NCBI GenBank assembly: GCA_964435835.1
Contig: CAYSZX010000003.1
Coordinates: 1-51,911, forward strand
Source: an uncultured Candidatus Saccharibacteria bacterium
Lineage (GTDB): Bacteria; Patescibacteriota; Minisyncoccia; Minisyncoccales; JANBVM01
Direction of reading: 5' to 3'
Length of the DNA: 51,911 bases
Shown here: piece by piece, positions 26,408 through 35,669 of the stretch
How positions within the stretch are numbered: the first letter of the stretch is position 1
Layout: each line of letters begins with the position of its first letter
The notes under the pieces: generated by a model
Told to the model about the DNA's origin: nothing
What the model saw: only the letters and a program-made list of their open reading frames with translations
The model's database searches: none
Program-made: the position numbers and the translations under genes

Positions 26408-27265
26408 ATGAATAATTGTCCTGAATGTGGAGGCAACATCTTAAAAAATAATGTCTGCAGTAAATGTGGGTTAGTAATATCTCCCCAAATAGTTAAGGAA
26501 GTTTCTTTTAGAAGTAAACACCATGGACCAGGTACTAATATTCTTTTAGCGGGAGGAACAGGGCTTGGTTCTTTTTTGTCTCGAAAAGACCGAGATTGGA
26601 GAGGTAATCCAATTCCTCCTTCTCAGAAGGAGAAAATAAAAAGATTAAGAAAATGGCAGAATCGATTTAAGAGTTATCGCTGTCAACGAGAAAGAGCTAT
26701 TATTTTGCTTTGTCAGTTTTCTTCTTCAATTGGTATTCCTCCTTCAAGAAGAAAAAAGCCGGCAGCAATTATAAGAACTTTTTTTAATTCTGAAAAAAAG
26801 TTGACTGGGCATAGCCTTGAATATTTTGTTGCTGCAGTGATATATTTGGCATTCAAAAACAGCGAATGTCCAATACAAATTAAGGAAATTGTTAAGAAGC
26901 TGGATTTGCAATTTAAAAGCTTTTTGTCTTATATAAGAATCCTTTATGAAATATTAAGAAAAAAGGGGAAGCTTAAAACCGGGATCAAAACCAATATTGA
27001 CCCTTGCTCTTTAGTTGCTAGAATTTGTTCTAAGCTTGAACTTACTATTCCCGTGCAGAAAAAAGCTATTGAAATTATTAAGAAATACATGAACTCTCCA
27101 ATGTTTTTTGGAAAGGATCCGGCTGGGATTGCCGGGGGTGCTATCTACGTAGTTACAAGACATTACAGAACCCAAGAGGAGATTGCGGAAACAGCAGGCG
27201 TTTCGGTAGTTACATTAAGAAGTCGATATCAGGAGATGCAGGAGATGTTAAATTTAAAAAAATAA
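26408..27265 (+). CDS. Archaeal-type transcription initiation factor IIB (TFB) homolog
   Basis: Zn ribbon CPECG...CSKCGLVI; B-linker RLRKWQ; cyclin repeat 1 GHSLEYFVAAVIYLA...P..IKEI; repeat 2 GKDPAGIAGGAIY and HTH RTQEEIAETAGVSVVTLRSRYQEM. Confidence 0.92.
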   Translation: MNNCPECGGNILKNNVCSKCGLVISPQIVKEVSFRSKHHGPGTNILLAGGTGLGSFLSRKDRDWRGNPIPPSQKEKIKRLRKWQNRFKSYRCQRERAIILLCQFSSSIGIPPSRRKKPAAIIRTFFNSEKKLTGHSLEYFVAAVIYLAFKNSECPIQIKEIVKKLDLQFKSFLSYIRILYEILRKKGKLKTGIKTNIDPCSLVARICSKLELTIPVQKKAIEIIKKYMNSPMFFGKDPAGIAGGAIYVVTRHYRTQEEIAETAGVSVVTLRSRYQEMQEMLNLKK

Positions 27266-27268
27266 ATC

Positions 27269-27300
27269 AAAGGGGCTTTCTATAAGTCCTTTATTTTTTT
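27269..27300 (+). terminator. Probable intrinsic terminator after the TFB gene
   Basis: AAAGGGGCTT-loop-AAGTCCTTT followed by a T run. Confidence 0.6.
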
Positions 27301-27303
27301 ATA

Positions 27304-27332
27304 TTGACCTTGTTTTTTGAAAGCTTTATACT
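27304..27332 (+). promoter_or_regulatory. Sigma70 promoter, probably leaderless, for the ftsZ-like gene
   Basis: TTGACC-17 nt-TATACT, 8 nt before ATG 27341. Confidence 0.65.
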
Positions 27333-27340
27333 AAAAACAA

Positions 27341-28822
27341 ATGAGTAAAAATAAAAAAAGCAAAAAAGATAAAGTAAGAAAGATAAAAGTAAGGGTTGTT
27401 GGTATTGGTGGAGGAGGAGGTTCTGTTGCTTCTAAAATTTCTCGTAAAGTAAAAGAAGCTTCTTTTTACGCTGTTGATACTGATGCCAGGGCTTTAAAAA
27501 GAGTTTCTAAAAATGTTAAAAAAGTAAGACTTGGGAAAGACATTACCCGCGGTTTAGGAACTGGTATGGATTTTGAAATGGGGGAAAAAATAGCTAAGGA
27601 AGAGAAAAGTGAAATTAAGGAAATTTTTAAAGATCAGGATGTTGTTATTCTAATTGGCTGTCTGGGGGGCGGTTTTGCTTCAGGAGCAGCTTCGATTTTA
27701 GCTGATGAGTCTAAGAAAATGGGTAATATTACTTACGGAGTTTTTACTTTACCTTTTCAATTTGAAGGAAGGAAAAAAGCAAAAATTGCTAAAAAAAGCT
27801 TAAAGAAAATAAAAAAGAATATAGATGCTTTTTCTATTATTCCTAATGATAGAATTTTTAAAATTATAGAAAAATCAGCTCCTTTGAAAGAGGCTTTAGC
27901 TGTTATTAATCAACATTTAGCTCAATCAATTCGTGGATTGCTTGAAACTATTTATGGGACAGGAATTATTAATATTGATTTTGCTGACTTAGAAACTGTT
28001 TTTTCAGGAAGAGGTAAATTGGCTTATCTGAATTCAATTAGGGTGAAAAAGAAAGATAAAAAAGAGAAAGTTTTTAAAAAAATAATAGGTTCTCCTTTGT
28101 ATCCTTATACTATTAAAAATGGGAAAGGAGTTTTGTTTAATATATCGGGACAAAGAAATCTTTCTTTAGCTCAAGTTAACAATGTAGCTGAGGCTATTTC
28201 AAAGAAAGTCAGTAGAAGTGCTAAGATTATTTTTGGAATTTCTAAATCTAAAAAGAAAACTATTACCAGAGTTAATTTATTAGTTGTTGGTTGCGATGAA
28301 TCAAATCTTTTAGGAAAGAAGAAGCAAAAGTCTAAGAAAAGGAAAAAAACTAAGAAAAAAGAAAGGGTTCTTGAAGAGATTCCAGAAGAAAAAACTAAAA
28401 AGGTTAAGATTGAAAACTTGGGTTTACCTCCCAAAACAGTAAATCTTCTTTCTAAAAATCAGATTAAAACTGTAGCTGGCCTAATTCGAAGAAAAAAAGA
28501 GAGTCTTTTAGATATTGATGGAATAGGACCAGGAAGACTGAAAAAGGTTGATGAAGCCTTAGAGTTATTAGGTCTTAATTTAAAGAAAAAAGAACCTGAA
28601 AAGAAAAAAGGGGCAGAAAAAACTAAGAAAAAACAAGAAGATAAAGAAAAGCAAAAAAAAGAAAAGAAGAGTAAGAAAAAGAAGAAGAAAAAAGACAAAA
28701 AGAAAAAAAAGAAAATCAGAAAAAACGCTCTTCAGGTTAAAGAAGATATTAAAAAAGCAAAAAAGGAGATTATTTCCAAAGAAAATATGTGGGAAAAACC
28801 AACTTTTTTGCGTAAAAAATAA
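27341..28822 (+). CDS. Divergent FtsZ-family protein with inserted RNAP alpha-CTD-like domain and Lys-rich linkers
   Basis: VVGIGGGG, TRGLGTG, LGGGFASG, PFQFEG, INIDFADL, terminal EKPTFLRKK; IENLGLPPKTVNLL...I.TV..L......LL.I.GIG insert. Confidence 0.88.
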   Translation: MSKNKKSKKDKVRKIKVRVVGIGGGGGSVASKISRKVKEASFYAVDTDARALKRVSKNVKKVRLGKDITRGLGTGMDFEMGEKIAKEEKSEIKEIFKDQDVVILIGCLGGGFASGAASILADESKKMGNITYGVFTLPFQFEGRKKAKIAKKSLKKIKKNIDAFSIIPNDRIFKIIEKSAPLKEALAVINQHLAQSIRGLLETIYGTGIINIDFADLETVFSGRGKLAYLNSIRVKKKDKKEKVFKKIIGSPLYPYTIKNGKGVLFNISGQRNLSLAQVNNVAEAISKKVSRSAKIIFGISKSKKKTITRVNLLVVGCDESNLLGKKKQKSKKRKKTKKKERVLEEIPEEKTKKVKIENLGLPPKTVNLLSKNQIKTVAGLIRRKKESLLDIDGIGPGRLKKVDEALELLGLNLKKKEPEKKKGAEKTKKKQEDKEKQKKEKKSKKKKKKKDKKKKKKIRKNALQVKEDIKKAKKEIISKENMWEKPTFLRKK

Positions 28823-28839
28823 TTATTTAAAATTTAATT

Positions 28840-29712
28840 ATGATCGAAACCAACGAAAAACTTTTAAAGGGAATTTATAAGCCAAGAAAAAAAGATCAAT
28901 ATTTTAGGAAGTATGATTTTGGCTTTTGTTTTATTATTAGTGGCTCGGAATATTATTCTGATTCGCCGGCTTTATCAGCAATGGCTGCCTTGGAATCAGG
29001 AGTAGATAGAGTGCGAGTAATAGCCCCTCGGAGAGCAGCTGATATTGTTGCTTCTTTTTCGCCTGAATTAACGGCTTATCCGTTAGAAGGAAAATGGCTT
29101 GCAGAAAGACATTTATCAGTCTTATTATCGATGATTCAGTCAGCTAAATCAGTTTCAAGAGGAAATTTTTCTGTAGTTATCGGAAAAGGGTTAGGAAGAA
29201 GCCAGCATAGTCAGGATGTAATTTTGAAAACTATTTCTAAAATTTCTGTTCCTATGGTTCTTGATGGTGATGCTATTCATGCTTTAGCGGAAAAACCTTC
29301 TGTCATTCAAGATAAAAAATGTATTATTACTCCTCATTCTTTTGAATTTTTTATTTTAACTGGTAAGAAAGTGTATGGTTTGTCCCAAGAAGAGAAAATT
29401 AAAATTGTTAAAGAGGAGGCTAAAAAAATAGGAGTAACTATTATTTTAAAAGGAATGCCTGATATTATTTCTAATGGTGAGGAAGTTGCTTTAAATAATA
29501 CAGGCTCTCCTTATATGTCAGTGGGAGGAACGGGCGATATTTTAGCTGGAATTTGTGGTAGCTTATTATCTCGTAAAAAACTTGATCCTTTTGTGGTGGC
29601 TCAAGCTGCTGCTTTTATTAGTGGAAAAGCAGGTGAATTGGGGGCTGATGAATTGAAAGAAGGCTTGACAGCTATGGATGTTATTAAATTTATTCCTAAA
29701 GTTTTACACTAA
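28840..29712 (+). CDS. nnrD: NAD(P)HX dehydratase (YjeF C-terminal/NnrD family)
   Basis: G.GLG, VLDGDA, ITPH..EF..L, ILKG..D, GGTGDILAG. Confidence 0.85.
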   Translation: MIETNEKLLKGIYKPRKKDQYFRKYDFGFCFIISGSEYYSDSPALSAMAALESGVDRVRVIAPRRAADIVASFSPELTAYPLEGKWLAERHLSVLLSMIQSAKSVSRGNFSVVIGKGLGRSQHSQDVILKTISKISVPMVLDGDAIHALAEKPSVIQDKKCIITPHSFEFFILTGKKVYGLSQEEKIKIVKEEAKKIGVTIILKGMPDIISNGEEVALNNTGSPYMSVGGTGDILAGICGSLLSRKKLDPFVVAQAAAFISGKAGELGADELKEGLTAMDVIKFIPKVLH

Positions 29713-29714
29713 TT

Positions 29715-30629
29715 ATGACTTACGATTTAATTATTATCGGGGGTGGTCCAGCCGGGATAACGGCTGGAATATATGGAGCAAGGCAAGGCTTAAAAACACT
29801 TTTAATTACTAAATTTTTTGGAGGGCAGTTAACTAAGAAGGCTGTTTTGATTCATAATTATCCTGGATTTGAAAAAATAGCAGGAATGGATCTGGCAAAG
29901 AGACTGGAGGATCATTTAAAAAAGCAAATAATTGATACCAAAAAAGAAGAAGTTTTGAAAGTAACAAAGAATAATTCTTTATTTTCTGTTTTTACTGAAA
30001 AGGAAGAGTTTCAAGGAAAAAGTGTTATTCTTGCTTCAGGAGCAAAAGTTAGAGAGCTTGGTGTTCCTGGTGAATCTAAGTTTTTAGGAAAGGGAGTAAG
30101 TTATTGTGTTGTCTGTGATGGCTCTCTTTTTTCTGGTAAAAATGTAGCTGTTATAGGAGGAGGGAATACTGGTTTCGAGGCAGCTCAATTTTTAAGTAAG
30201 ATTGCAAATAAAATTTACATATTAGAATATTCTTCTAAAGTTAAAGCAGATAAAAGGAATCAGGAAATTGTAAAGAAAGATAAGAAAACTGAAATTATTA
30301 CCAATGCGAACTTGAAGGAAATTCAAGGCAATAAGTTTGTTGAATCTATAGTTTATAAAGATAGAAAAACCAAAGAGGAGAAAACTTTAAAAGTGGATGG
30401 AGTTTTTATTCAGGCTGGCTTAGAAACAAACTTACCTTCTTTGGGTGATTTAGTTGATCTTAATTCTAAAAATCAAATTATTTTTGATTTGAAAACCTAT
30501 CAAACAAAAACTCCCGGTCTATTTGCAGCCGGAGATGTTGGAATTGGGCGATTTAAACAAATTATTATTGCTTGCGGTGAAGGAGCATCAGCAGTTTTAT
30601 CTGCTTTTAATTATCTTAAAACTCAATGA
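29715..30629 (+). CDS. trxB: Thioredoxin-disulfide reductase
   Basis: GGGPAG, GVSYCVVCDG, GGGN, FAAGD. Confidence 0.88.
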   Translation: MTYDLIIIGGGPAGITAGIYGARQGLKTLLITKFFGGQLTKKAVLIHNYPGFEKIAGMDLAKRLEDHLKKQIIDTKKEEVLKVTKNNSLFSVFTEKEEFQGKSVILASGAKVRELGVPGESKFLGKGVSYCVVCDGSLFSGKNVAVIGGGNTGFEAAQFLSKIANKIYILEYSSKVKADKRNQEIVKKDKKTEIITNANLKEIQGNKFVESIVYKDRKTKEEKTLKVDGVFIQAGLETNLPSLGDLVDLNSKNQIIFDLKTYQTKTPGLFAAGDVGIGRFKQIIIACGEGASAVLSAFNYLKTQ

Positions 30630-31831
30630 AGCGAAAAATTGAAAAAGTTCAAGCTAGGAAAATTTCAGATTCAAGAGGTAACCCTACCGTTGAAGTTGTT
30701 TTAACTGTTGATTCAAAAGAGTTTAAAGCTTCTGTTCCATCGGGAGCTTCAGTTGGTACTTATGAAGCAGTAGAGTTAAGAGATAATGATGGTGGTGTTT
30801 CTAAAGCAATTGAAAACATCTTGGAGATCATTGGTCCTAAAATTGTTGGGCGCAATGTTGTAGCTCAGGCTGAACTGGATCGTTTTATGATTCAATTAGA
30901 CGGAACTGACAATAAGTCTAATTTGGGAGCCAATACTATATGCCCAGTTTCTTTAGCTATTTGCAGAGCGGGTGCTGCCGTAAAGGAATTAGAATTATTT
31001 CAACACATTAAAGAGGTATCTGGATTTTCTATTTCTGTACCAAGAGCTTCTTTTAATATTATTAATGGCGGACAGCATGCCGAAAATGAATTAGATATTC
31101 AAGAGTTTATGTTTGTTTCTTTAAAGAATTCTTTTTCTGGTCAATTGAAAGAAGTTAAGGAAACTTATAGTCAATTGAAAAAGATTATTGTTAACAAGCA
31201 CGGAAAAGATAATTTGAATTTAGGAGACGAGGGGGGTTTTGCTCCTAATATTTCTAAATCTGAGGAAGCTTTAAATTTAATTTTAGAAGCAGCAGAGGAT
31301 AAGAAGATAAACATTGTTTTAGATGTAGCTGCTTCCGAGTTTTTTAAAAACGGAAAATATACAATAGAAGGGGAGTCGCTCAACAAAAAAGGATTGTTGG
31401 ATTATTATTCTAAGCTTATTGATGATTATCCTATTTTAGCAATAGAGGATCCTTTTGCGGAAAATGACTGGGCGGGCTTTAAAATGATAACTAAGTCTTT
31501 TGGCGATAAGATTTCTATAATTGGTGATGATCTTTTAGTAACAAATTCTCAAAGAATTAAAAAAGCAGAAAAAGAAGGTGCTGTTAATGCGGCTCTTTTA
31601 AAAATAAATCAAATAGGAACAGTTACCGAGGCCTTGGAATATGCTAAATTAGCGCGTGATTTTGGCTGGAAAATAATGGTTTCACATCGTTCAGGAGAAA
31701 CGATGGATGATTTTATAGCTGATTTTTCAGTAGGAATCGGAGCTGATTTTATTAAATCAGGTGCTCCGAGTCAGAAGGAAAGAATGGTTAAGTATAATAG
31801 GTTATTGGAAATTGAAAAAGAATTAAAATGA
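30626..31831 (+). CDS. eno: Enolase
   Basis: DSRGNPTVE, VPSGASVG, GDEGGFAP, LLKINQIGT, SHRSGET. Confidence 0.97.
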   Translation: MKRKIEKVQARKISDSRGNPTVEVVLTVDSKEFKASVPSGASVGTYEAVELRDNDGGVSKAIENILEIIGPKIVGRNVVAQAELDRFMIQLDGTDNKSNLGANTICPVSLAICRAGAAVKELELFQHIKEVSGFSISVPRASFNIINGGQHAENELDIQEFMFVSLKNSFSGQLKEVKETYSQLKKIIVNKHGKDNLNLGDEGGFAPNISKSEEALNLILEAAEDKKINIVLDVAASEFFKNGKYTIEGESLNKKGLLDYYSKLIDDYPILAIEDPFAENDWAGFKMITKSFGDKISIIGDDLLVTNSQRIKKAEKEGAVNAALLKINQIGTVTEALEYAKLARDFGWKIMVSHRSGETMDDFIADFSVGIGADFIKSGAPSQKERMVKYNRLLEIEKELK

Positions 31832-33327
31832 AACCTTTAATTTTAATTATTATGGATGGGTGGGGAGTAAGGAAAGAGAAAAAAGGCAATGCGATTGTTT
31901 TAGCTGATACTTCTAATTTTGATAAATTAAAAGAAAACTATTCTTATACTGAACTTTTAACTCATGGCGTTCATGTTGGTTTAGCTAAGGGAATGATGGG
32001 AGGATCTGAGGTGGGGCATTTGAATATTGGAGCTGGCCGAACAGTAAAACAAAATGTAATGAGGATTAATGAAATGATAAAGGGCGGCTCTTTTTTTAAA
32101 AATGAAAAAATATTAAAGGCTTTTAAAAACGCTAAGGAGAATAAGTCAACTCTTCACTTAATGGGTTTGTTGTCTGATGCAGGCGTTCATTCTCATGAGT
32201 CTCATCTTTACGCTTTACTGAAATTAGCTAAAGAAAAAAAGCTGGAGAAAGTTTTAATTCATGTTTTTTCTGATGGGCGGGATACTGGTCCTCGAGAATT
32301 GAAAAAGTATCTTAAAAGATTAAACAAGAAAATTAAAGAATATGGAATAGGTAAAATAGCCACTATTACCGGACGTTATTATGTTATGGATCGAGATACT
32401 AGATGGGAAAGAACTAGAAGAGCTTATTTAGCCTTAACAAAGGGTAAAGGAAATCAATTTAAAGAACCCATGAAAGCTATTGAGTCTGCCTATAAGAAAG
32501 GAGAAACTGATGAATTTATTAAGCCGCTTATTATTGATGGTTTTCAGGGAATAAAAGATAATGATTCGGTTGTAGTTTTTAACCATAGGGCTGACCGAAT
32601 GCGACAAATTGTTAAAGCATTTATTGAGGAAGATTTTAATAAGTTTAAAAGAGAAAAAATTGATTTGGTTTTTGTTTGTATGACTCGTTATTATGACGAT
32701 GTTTCTGCTCCAGTTGTTTTAGAAAAGATAAAAGTTAAAAATGTTTTGGGAGAAGTTTTGAGCAAAAATAATATTTATCAATTACGAATTGCAGAAACTG
32801 AAAAGAAACCTCATGTTACTTATTTTTTTAATGGCTTAAGAGAAAAACCTTTTCCTAAAGAAGAAAGATTTTTCGTTCCGAGTCCGAGAATAGCTACTTA
32901 TGATATGAAGCCAGAAATGTCTGCTTTTGAAGTTACTGAAGAATTAGTTAAGAGAATTAAGAAAGATAGATATAAATTTATTCTTTTAAATTTAGTTAAT
33001 GGGGATATGGTTGGTCATACAGGAGATTTAGAAGCAGGAATTCTTGCTATTGAGACAGTAGATAAATGTATTGGAAAAATTGTTAAAGAAATCCAGAAGA
33101 AGGGAGGGGTTGCTTTAATTACAGCTGATCATGGAAATGCTGAGGAAATGGGTAATAAAGAAGAAATATCAAAAAAACATACTTTAAACTCTGTTCCTTT
33201 TGTTATTGTTTCTAAGGAGTGTTATAATCTAAAAAAGGGGAAATTATCTAATATTACTCCTACAATTTTGGAGATAATGGGAATTAAAAAACCCAAAGAA
33301 ATGACAGCCGAAAGCTTAATAAAATAA
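31828..33327 (+). CDS. gpmI: 2,3-BPG-independent phosphoglycerate mutase
   Basis: MDGWG, GGSEVGH, GVHSH, DGRD, AETEK, DMVGHTG, TADHGN. Confidence 0.97.
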   Translation: MKPLILIIMDGWGVRKEKKGNAIVLADTSNFDKLKENYSYTELLTHGVHVGLAKGMMGGSEVGHLNIGAGRTVKQNVMRINEMIKGGSFFKNEKILKAFKNAKENKSTLHLMGLLSDAGVHSHESHLYALLKLAKEKKLEKVLIHVFSDGRDTGPRELKKYLKRLNKKIKEYGIGKIATITGRYYVMDRDTRWERTRRAYLALTKGKGNQFKEPMKAIESAYKKGETDEFIKPLIIDGFQGIKDNDSVVVFNHRADRMRQIVKAFIEEDFNKFKREKIDLVFVCMTRYYDDVSAPVVLEKIKVKNVLGEVLSKNNIYQLRIAETEKKPHVTYFFNGLREKPFPKEERFFVPSPRIATYDMKPEMSAFEVTEELVKRIKKDRYKFILLNLVNGDMVGHTGDLEAGILAIETVDKCIGKIVKEIQKKGGVALITADHGNAEEMGNKEEISKKHTLNSVPFVIVSKECYNLKKGKLSNITPTILEIMGIKKPKEMTAESLIK

Positions 33328-33343
33328 TATAATTTTTAAAAAT

Positions 33344-33523
33344 ATGGCAAAATTTATAATTAACAAGGAGAAATGTATCCGTTGTGGAGCTTGTGCTTCT
33401 ACTTGTCCTAAAGGTATGGACTGGACGGATGACAATAAACCAAAGATAAAAGATCATGAGGAATTAGAAGAATGTGGCGGAGCGAAAGTTTGTCCTTATG
33501 GGGCAATAGAAAAAGAAGAATAA
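33344..33523 (+). CDS. Small 4Fe-4S ferredoxin (59 aa), not in ORF track
   Basis: MAKFIINKEKCIRCGACASTCPKG...ECGGAKVCPYGAIEKEE*: CxxCxxCxxxCP and C-terminal CP.GAI. Confidence 0.92.
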   Translation: MAKFIINKEKCIRCGACASTCPKGMDWTDDNKPKIKDHEELEECGGAKVCPYGAIEKEE

Positions 33524-33592
33524 TTTTTATAGATTTAGGAATAAAGCATAAGATTGTCTTTTTTCTGAAGAAGGTAACTAAGAGAAGAATTA

Positions 33593-33621
33593 TTGACATT
33601 TAAAAAGCAGCTTGCTATATT
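33593..33621 (+). promoter_or_regulatory. Sigma70 promoter of the Rrf2-isc operon
   Basis: TTGACA-17 nt-TATATT with TG extension. Confidence 0.75.
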
Positions 33622-33646
33622 AAAACCGACTATTGTAGTCGGTTTT
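33622..33646. promoter_or_regulatory. Palindromic Rrf2/IscR-type operator
   Basis: AAAACCGACTA-TTG-TAGTCGGTTTT perfect inverted repeat over the predicted TSS; GACTA-N3-TAGTC core as in IscR type-1 sites. Confidence 0.75.
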
Positions 33647-33650
33647 TCTT

Positions 33651-34061
33651 ATGATGAAATTTTCTAAAAAATCACAATATGGTCTAGTGGCAATGATTTA
33701 CTTAGCTGAAGCCTTTAAAGATAAAGGCCGATTTTGCTCTTTAAGAGAAATATCTAATGAAAAAAATATTTCTTTTAGTTATTTAGAAAAAATACTTTTA
33801 GCTTTAGAAGAAAATAATTTAATAGAATCTAAAAAAGGTGTTAAGGGTGGATATAGATTAAATAATCATTCTCGAGAAATTAAAGTAGGGGATATTGTTA
33901 ATGCTTTAGAGAGCACAACAAATATTATTAGCTGTATTAATGGTAAATGTTCTAAAATGAATACTTGTAAAGCGGTTGATGCTTGGAAAAAAATTCAAAA
34001 AGTTTTAGATAAAACTTTAAATTCAATTACTTTAAATTCTTTAATAAAAAATGAAAAATAA
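33651..34061 (+). CDS. Rrf2-family regulator (IscR-like)
   Basis: YGL.AMIYLA, IS.SYLEKIL, S.KG.KGGY.L, three C-terminal Cys. Confidence 0.92.
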   Translation: MMKFSKKSQYGLVAMIYLAEAFKDKGRFCSLREISNEKNISFSYLEKILLALEENNLIESKKGVKGGYRLNNHSREIKVGDIVNALESTTNIISCINGKCSKMNTCKAVDAWKKIQKVLDKTLNSITLNSLIKNEK

Positions 34062-35211
34062 AATTTATTTAGATTATGCAGCTACAACTCCTACTGATCC
34101 TCGAGTTGTTAAAGCAATGATTCCTTATTTTACTAAAAACTTTGCTAACACAGTGTCAATTCATTCTTTTGGACAAAAAGCAAAAGAAGCTTTAGATGAA
34201 AGCAGAGAAGTGATTGCTAATTTTCTTGGGGCAAAAACATCAGAAATAATTTTTACCAGTTCTGCGACAGAAAGTAATAATTTTGCCTTAAAAGGAATTG
34301 CTTTTGCTAATAAAGATAAAGGAAATCATATTATTATTTCTTCTATTGAGCATGCTTGTGTTTTAAATAGTGCTAAATGGCTTGAAAAACAGGGCTTTGA
34401 AATAACAAGATTAAAAGTTGATAAAAATGGTTTAGTTGATTTAAAACAGTTAAAAGATGAGATAAAGAAAGAAACCATTTTAGTTTCTGTGATGCATGCT
34501 AATAATGAAATAGGAACTATTCAGCCAATTGAAGAAATTGGAAAGATTTGTAAAAAACAAAATGTCTATTTTCATACTGATGCAGCTCAAAGTTTTGGAA
34601 AGGAGGATATTGATGTCCGTAATATTAATGTTGATCTGTTAACAGCTAGTTCTCATAAGATGTATGGCCCAAAAGGAGTAGGACTTTTGTTTGTAAAAGA
34701 GGGGACTAAAATAGAACCACTTTTGCATGGAGGAGGGCATGAATTTGGTTTAAGAAGTTCAACTAGTAACCTTCCGGGAATAGTTGGTTTTGCTAAAGCT
34801 TGCCAGCTTTGCGAGCAAGAGAGAGTGAAAGAAAATAAGAAAATTAGGAAAATGAGAGATAAGTTAATTAAAGGAGTACTTGATAAAATAGAAGATACTT
34901 CTTTAAATGGTCATCCTGAAAAAAGATTAGATAATAATGCTAATATTGCTTTTTCTTATATTGAAGGAGAATCTTTATTAATTCAGTTAGATTCTTTAGG
35001 GGTAGCTGTTTCTACTGGTTCAGCTTGTTCTTCAGAGAAGTTACAAGCCAGCCATGTTTTAAAAGCGATTAATTTAAAACCTCATCAGATTCAGGGTTCT
35101 ATTAGATTTAGTTTTGGAAGATGGTCAGAAGAAAAAGATGTTGATTATGTTTTAAAAATCTTGCCGGAGATAGTCGAAAAATTAAGAAAAATATCACCTT
35201 TTAAAAAATGA
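34051..35211 (+). CDS. iscS: Cysteine desulfurase (IscS/NifS)
   Basis: YLDYAATT, HTDAAQ, SSHKMYGPKG, STGSACSS. Confidence 0.95.
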   Translation: MKNKIYLDYAATTPTDPRVVKAMIPYFTKNFANTVSIHSFGQKAKEALDESREVIANFLGAKTSEIIFTSSATESNNFALKGIAFANKDKGNHIIISSIEHACVLNSAKWLEKQGFEITRLKVDKNGLVDLKQLKDEIKKETILVSVMHANNEIGTIQPIEEIGKICKKQNVYFHTDAAQSFGKEDIDVRNINVDLLTASSHKMYGPKGVGLLFVKEGTKIEPLLHGGGHEFGLRSSTSNLPGIVGFAKACQLCEQERVKENKKIRKMRDKLIKGVLDKIEDTSLNGHPEKRLDNNANIAFSYIEGESLLIQLDSLGVAVSTGSACSSEKLQASHVLKAINLKPHQIQGSIRFSFGRWSEEKDVDYVLKILPEIVEKLRKISPFKK

Positions 35212-35669
35212 AGTATAATAAAAAAGTTCTTGATCATTTTAAAAATCCACGCAATGTTGGGAAAATAGAAAATCCCGATGGTGTTGGTAAAGTTGGGAAC
35301 ATAGTTTGCGGAGATGTAATGTGGATTTACATTAAAGTGGAGAAAAAAAATGGGAAAGAAATTATTAAAGATATTAAGTTTCAAACTTTTGGTTGTGTTG
35401 CTGCTTTAGCCACTACTAGCATTCTTACTGAGCTAGTCAAAGATAAGAGTTTAGAAGAAGCTTTAAAAATTGAGAAGGGTGATGTCGTTGAATCTTTAGG
35501 AGGATTACCAAATATTAAGCTTCATTGTTCGCTTTTAGCAGTTGATGCTTTATCGGAAGCAATTTACGATTATTTATCAAAGAATGAAAGAGAAATACCA
35601 GAAAAACTTAAGTTGAAACACAAAGAAGTTCTAAAAGAATTAGAAATTATTAAGGAAAAAAACCAATAA
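35208..35669 (+). CDS. iscU: Fe-S scaffold IscU/NifU-N
   Basis: HFKNPRNVG, CGD, FQTFGC, KLHCS. Confidence 0.95.
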   Translation: MKYNKKVLDHFKNPRNVGKIENPDGVGKVGNIVCGDVMWIYIKVEKKNGKEIIKDIKFQTFGCVAALATTSILTELVKDKSLEEALKIEKGDVVESLGGLPNIKLHCSLLAVDALSEAIYDYLSKNEREIPEKLKLKHKEVLKELEIIKEKNQ

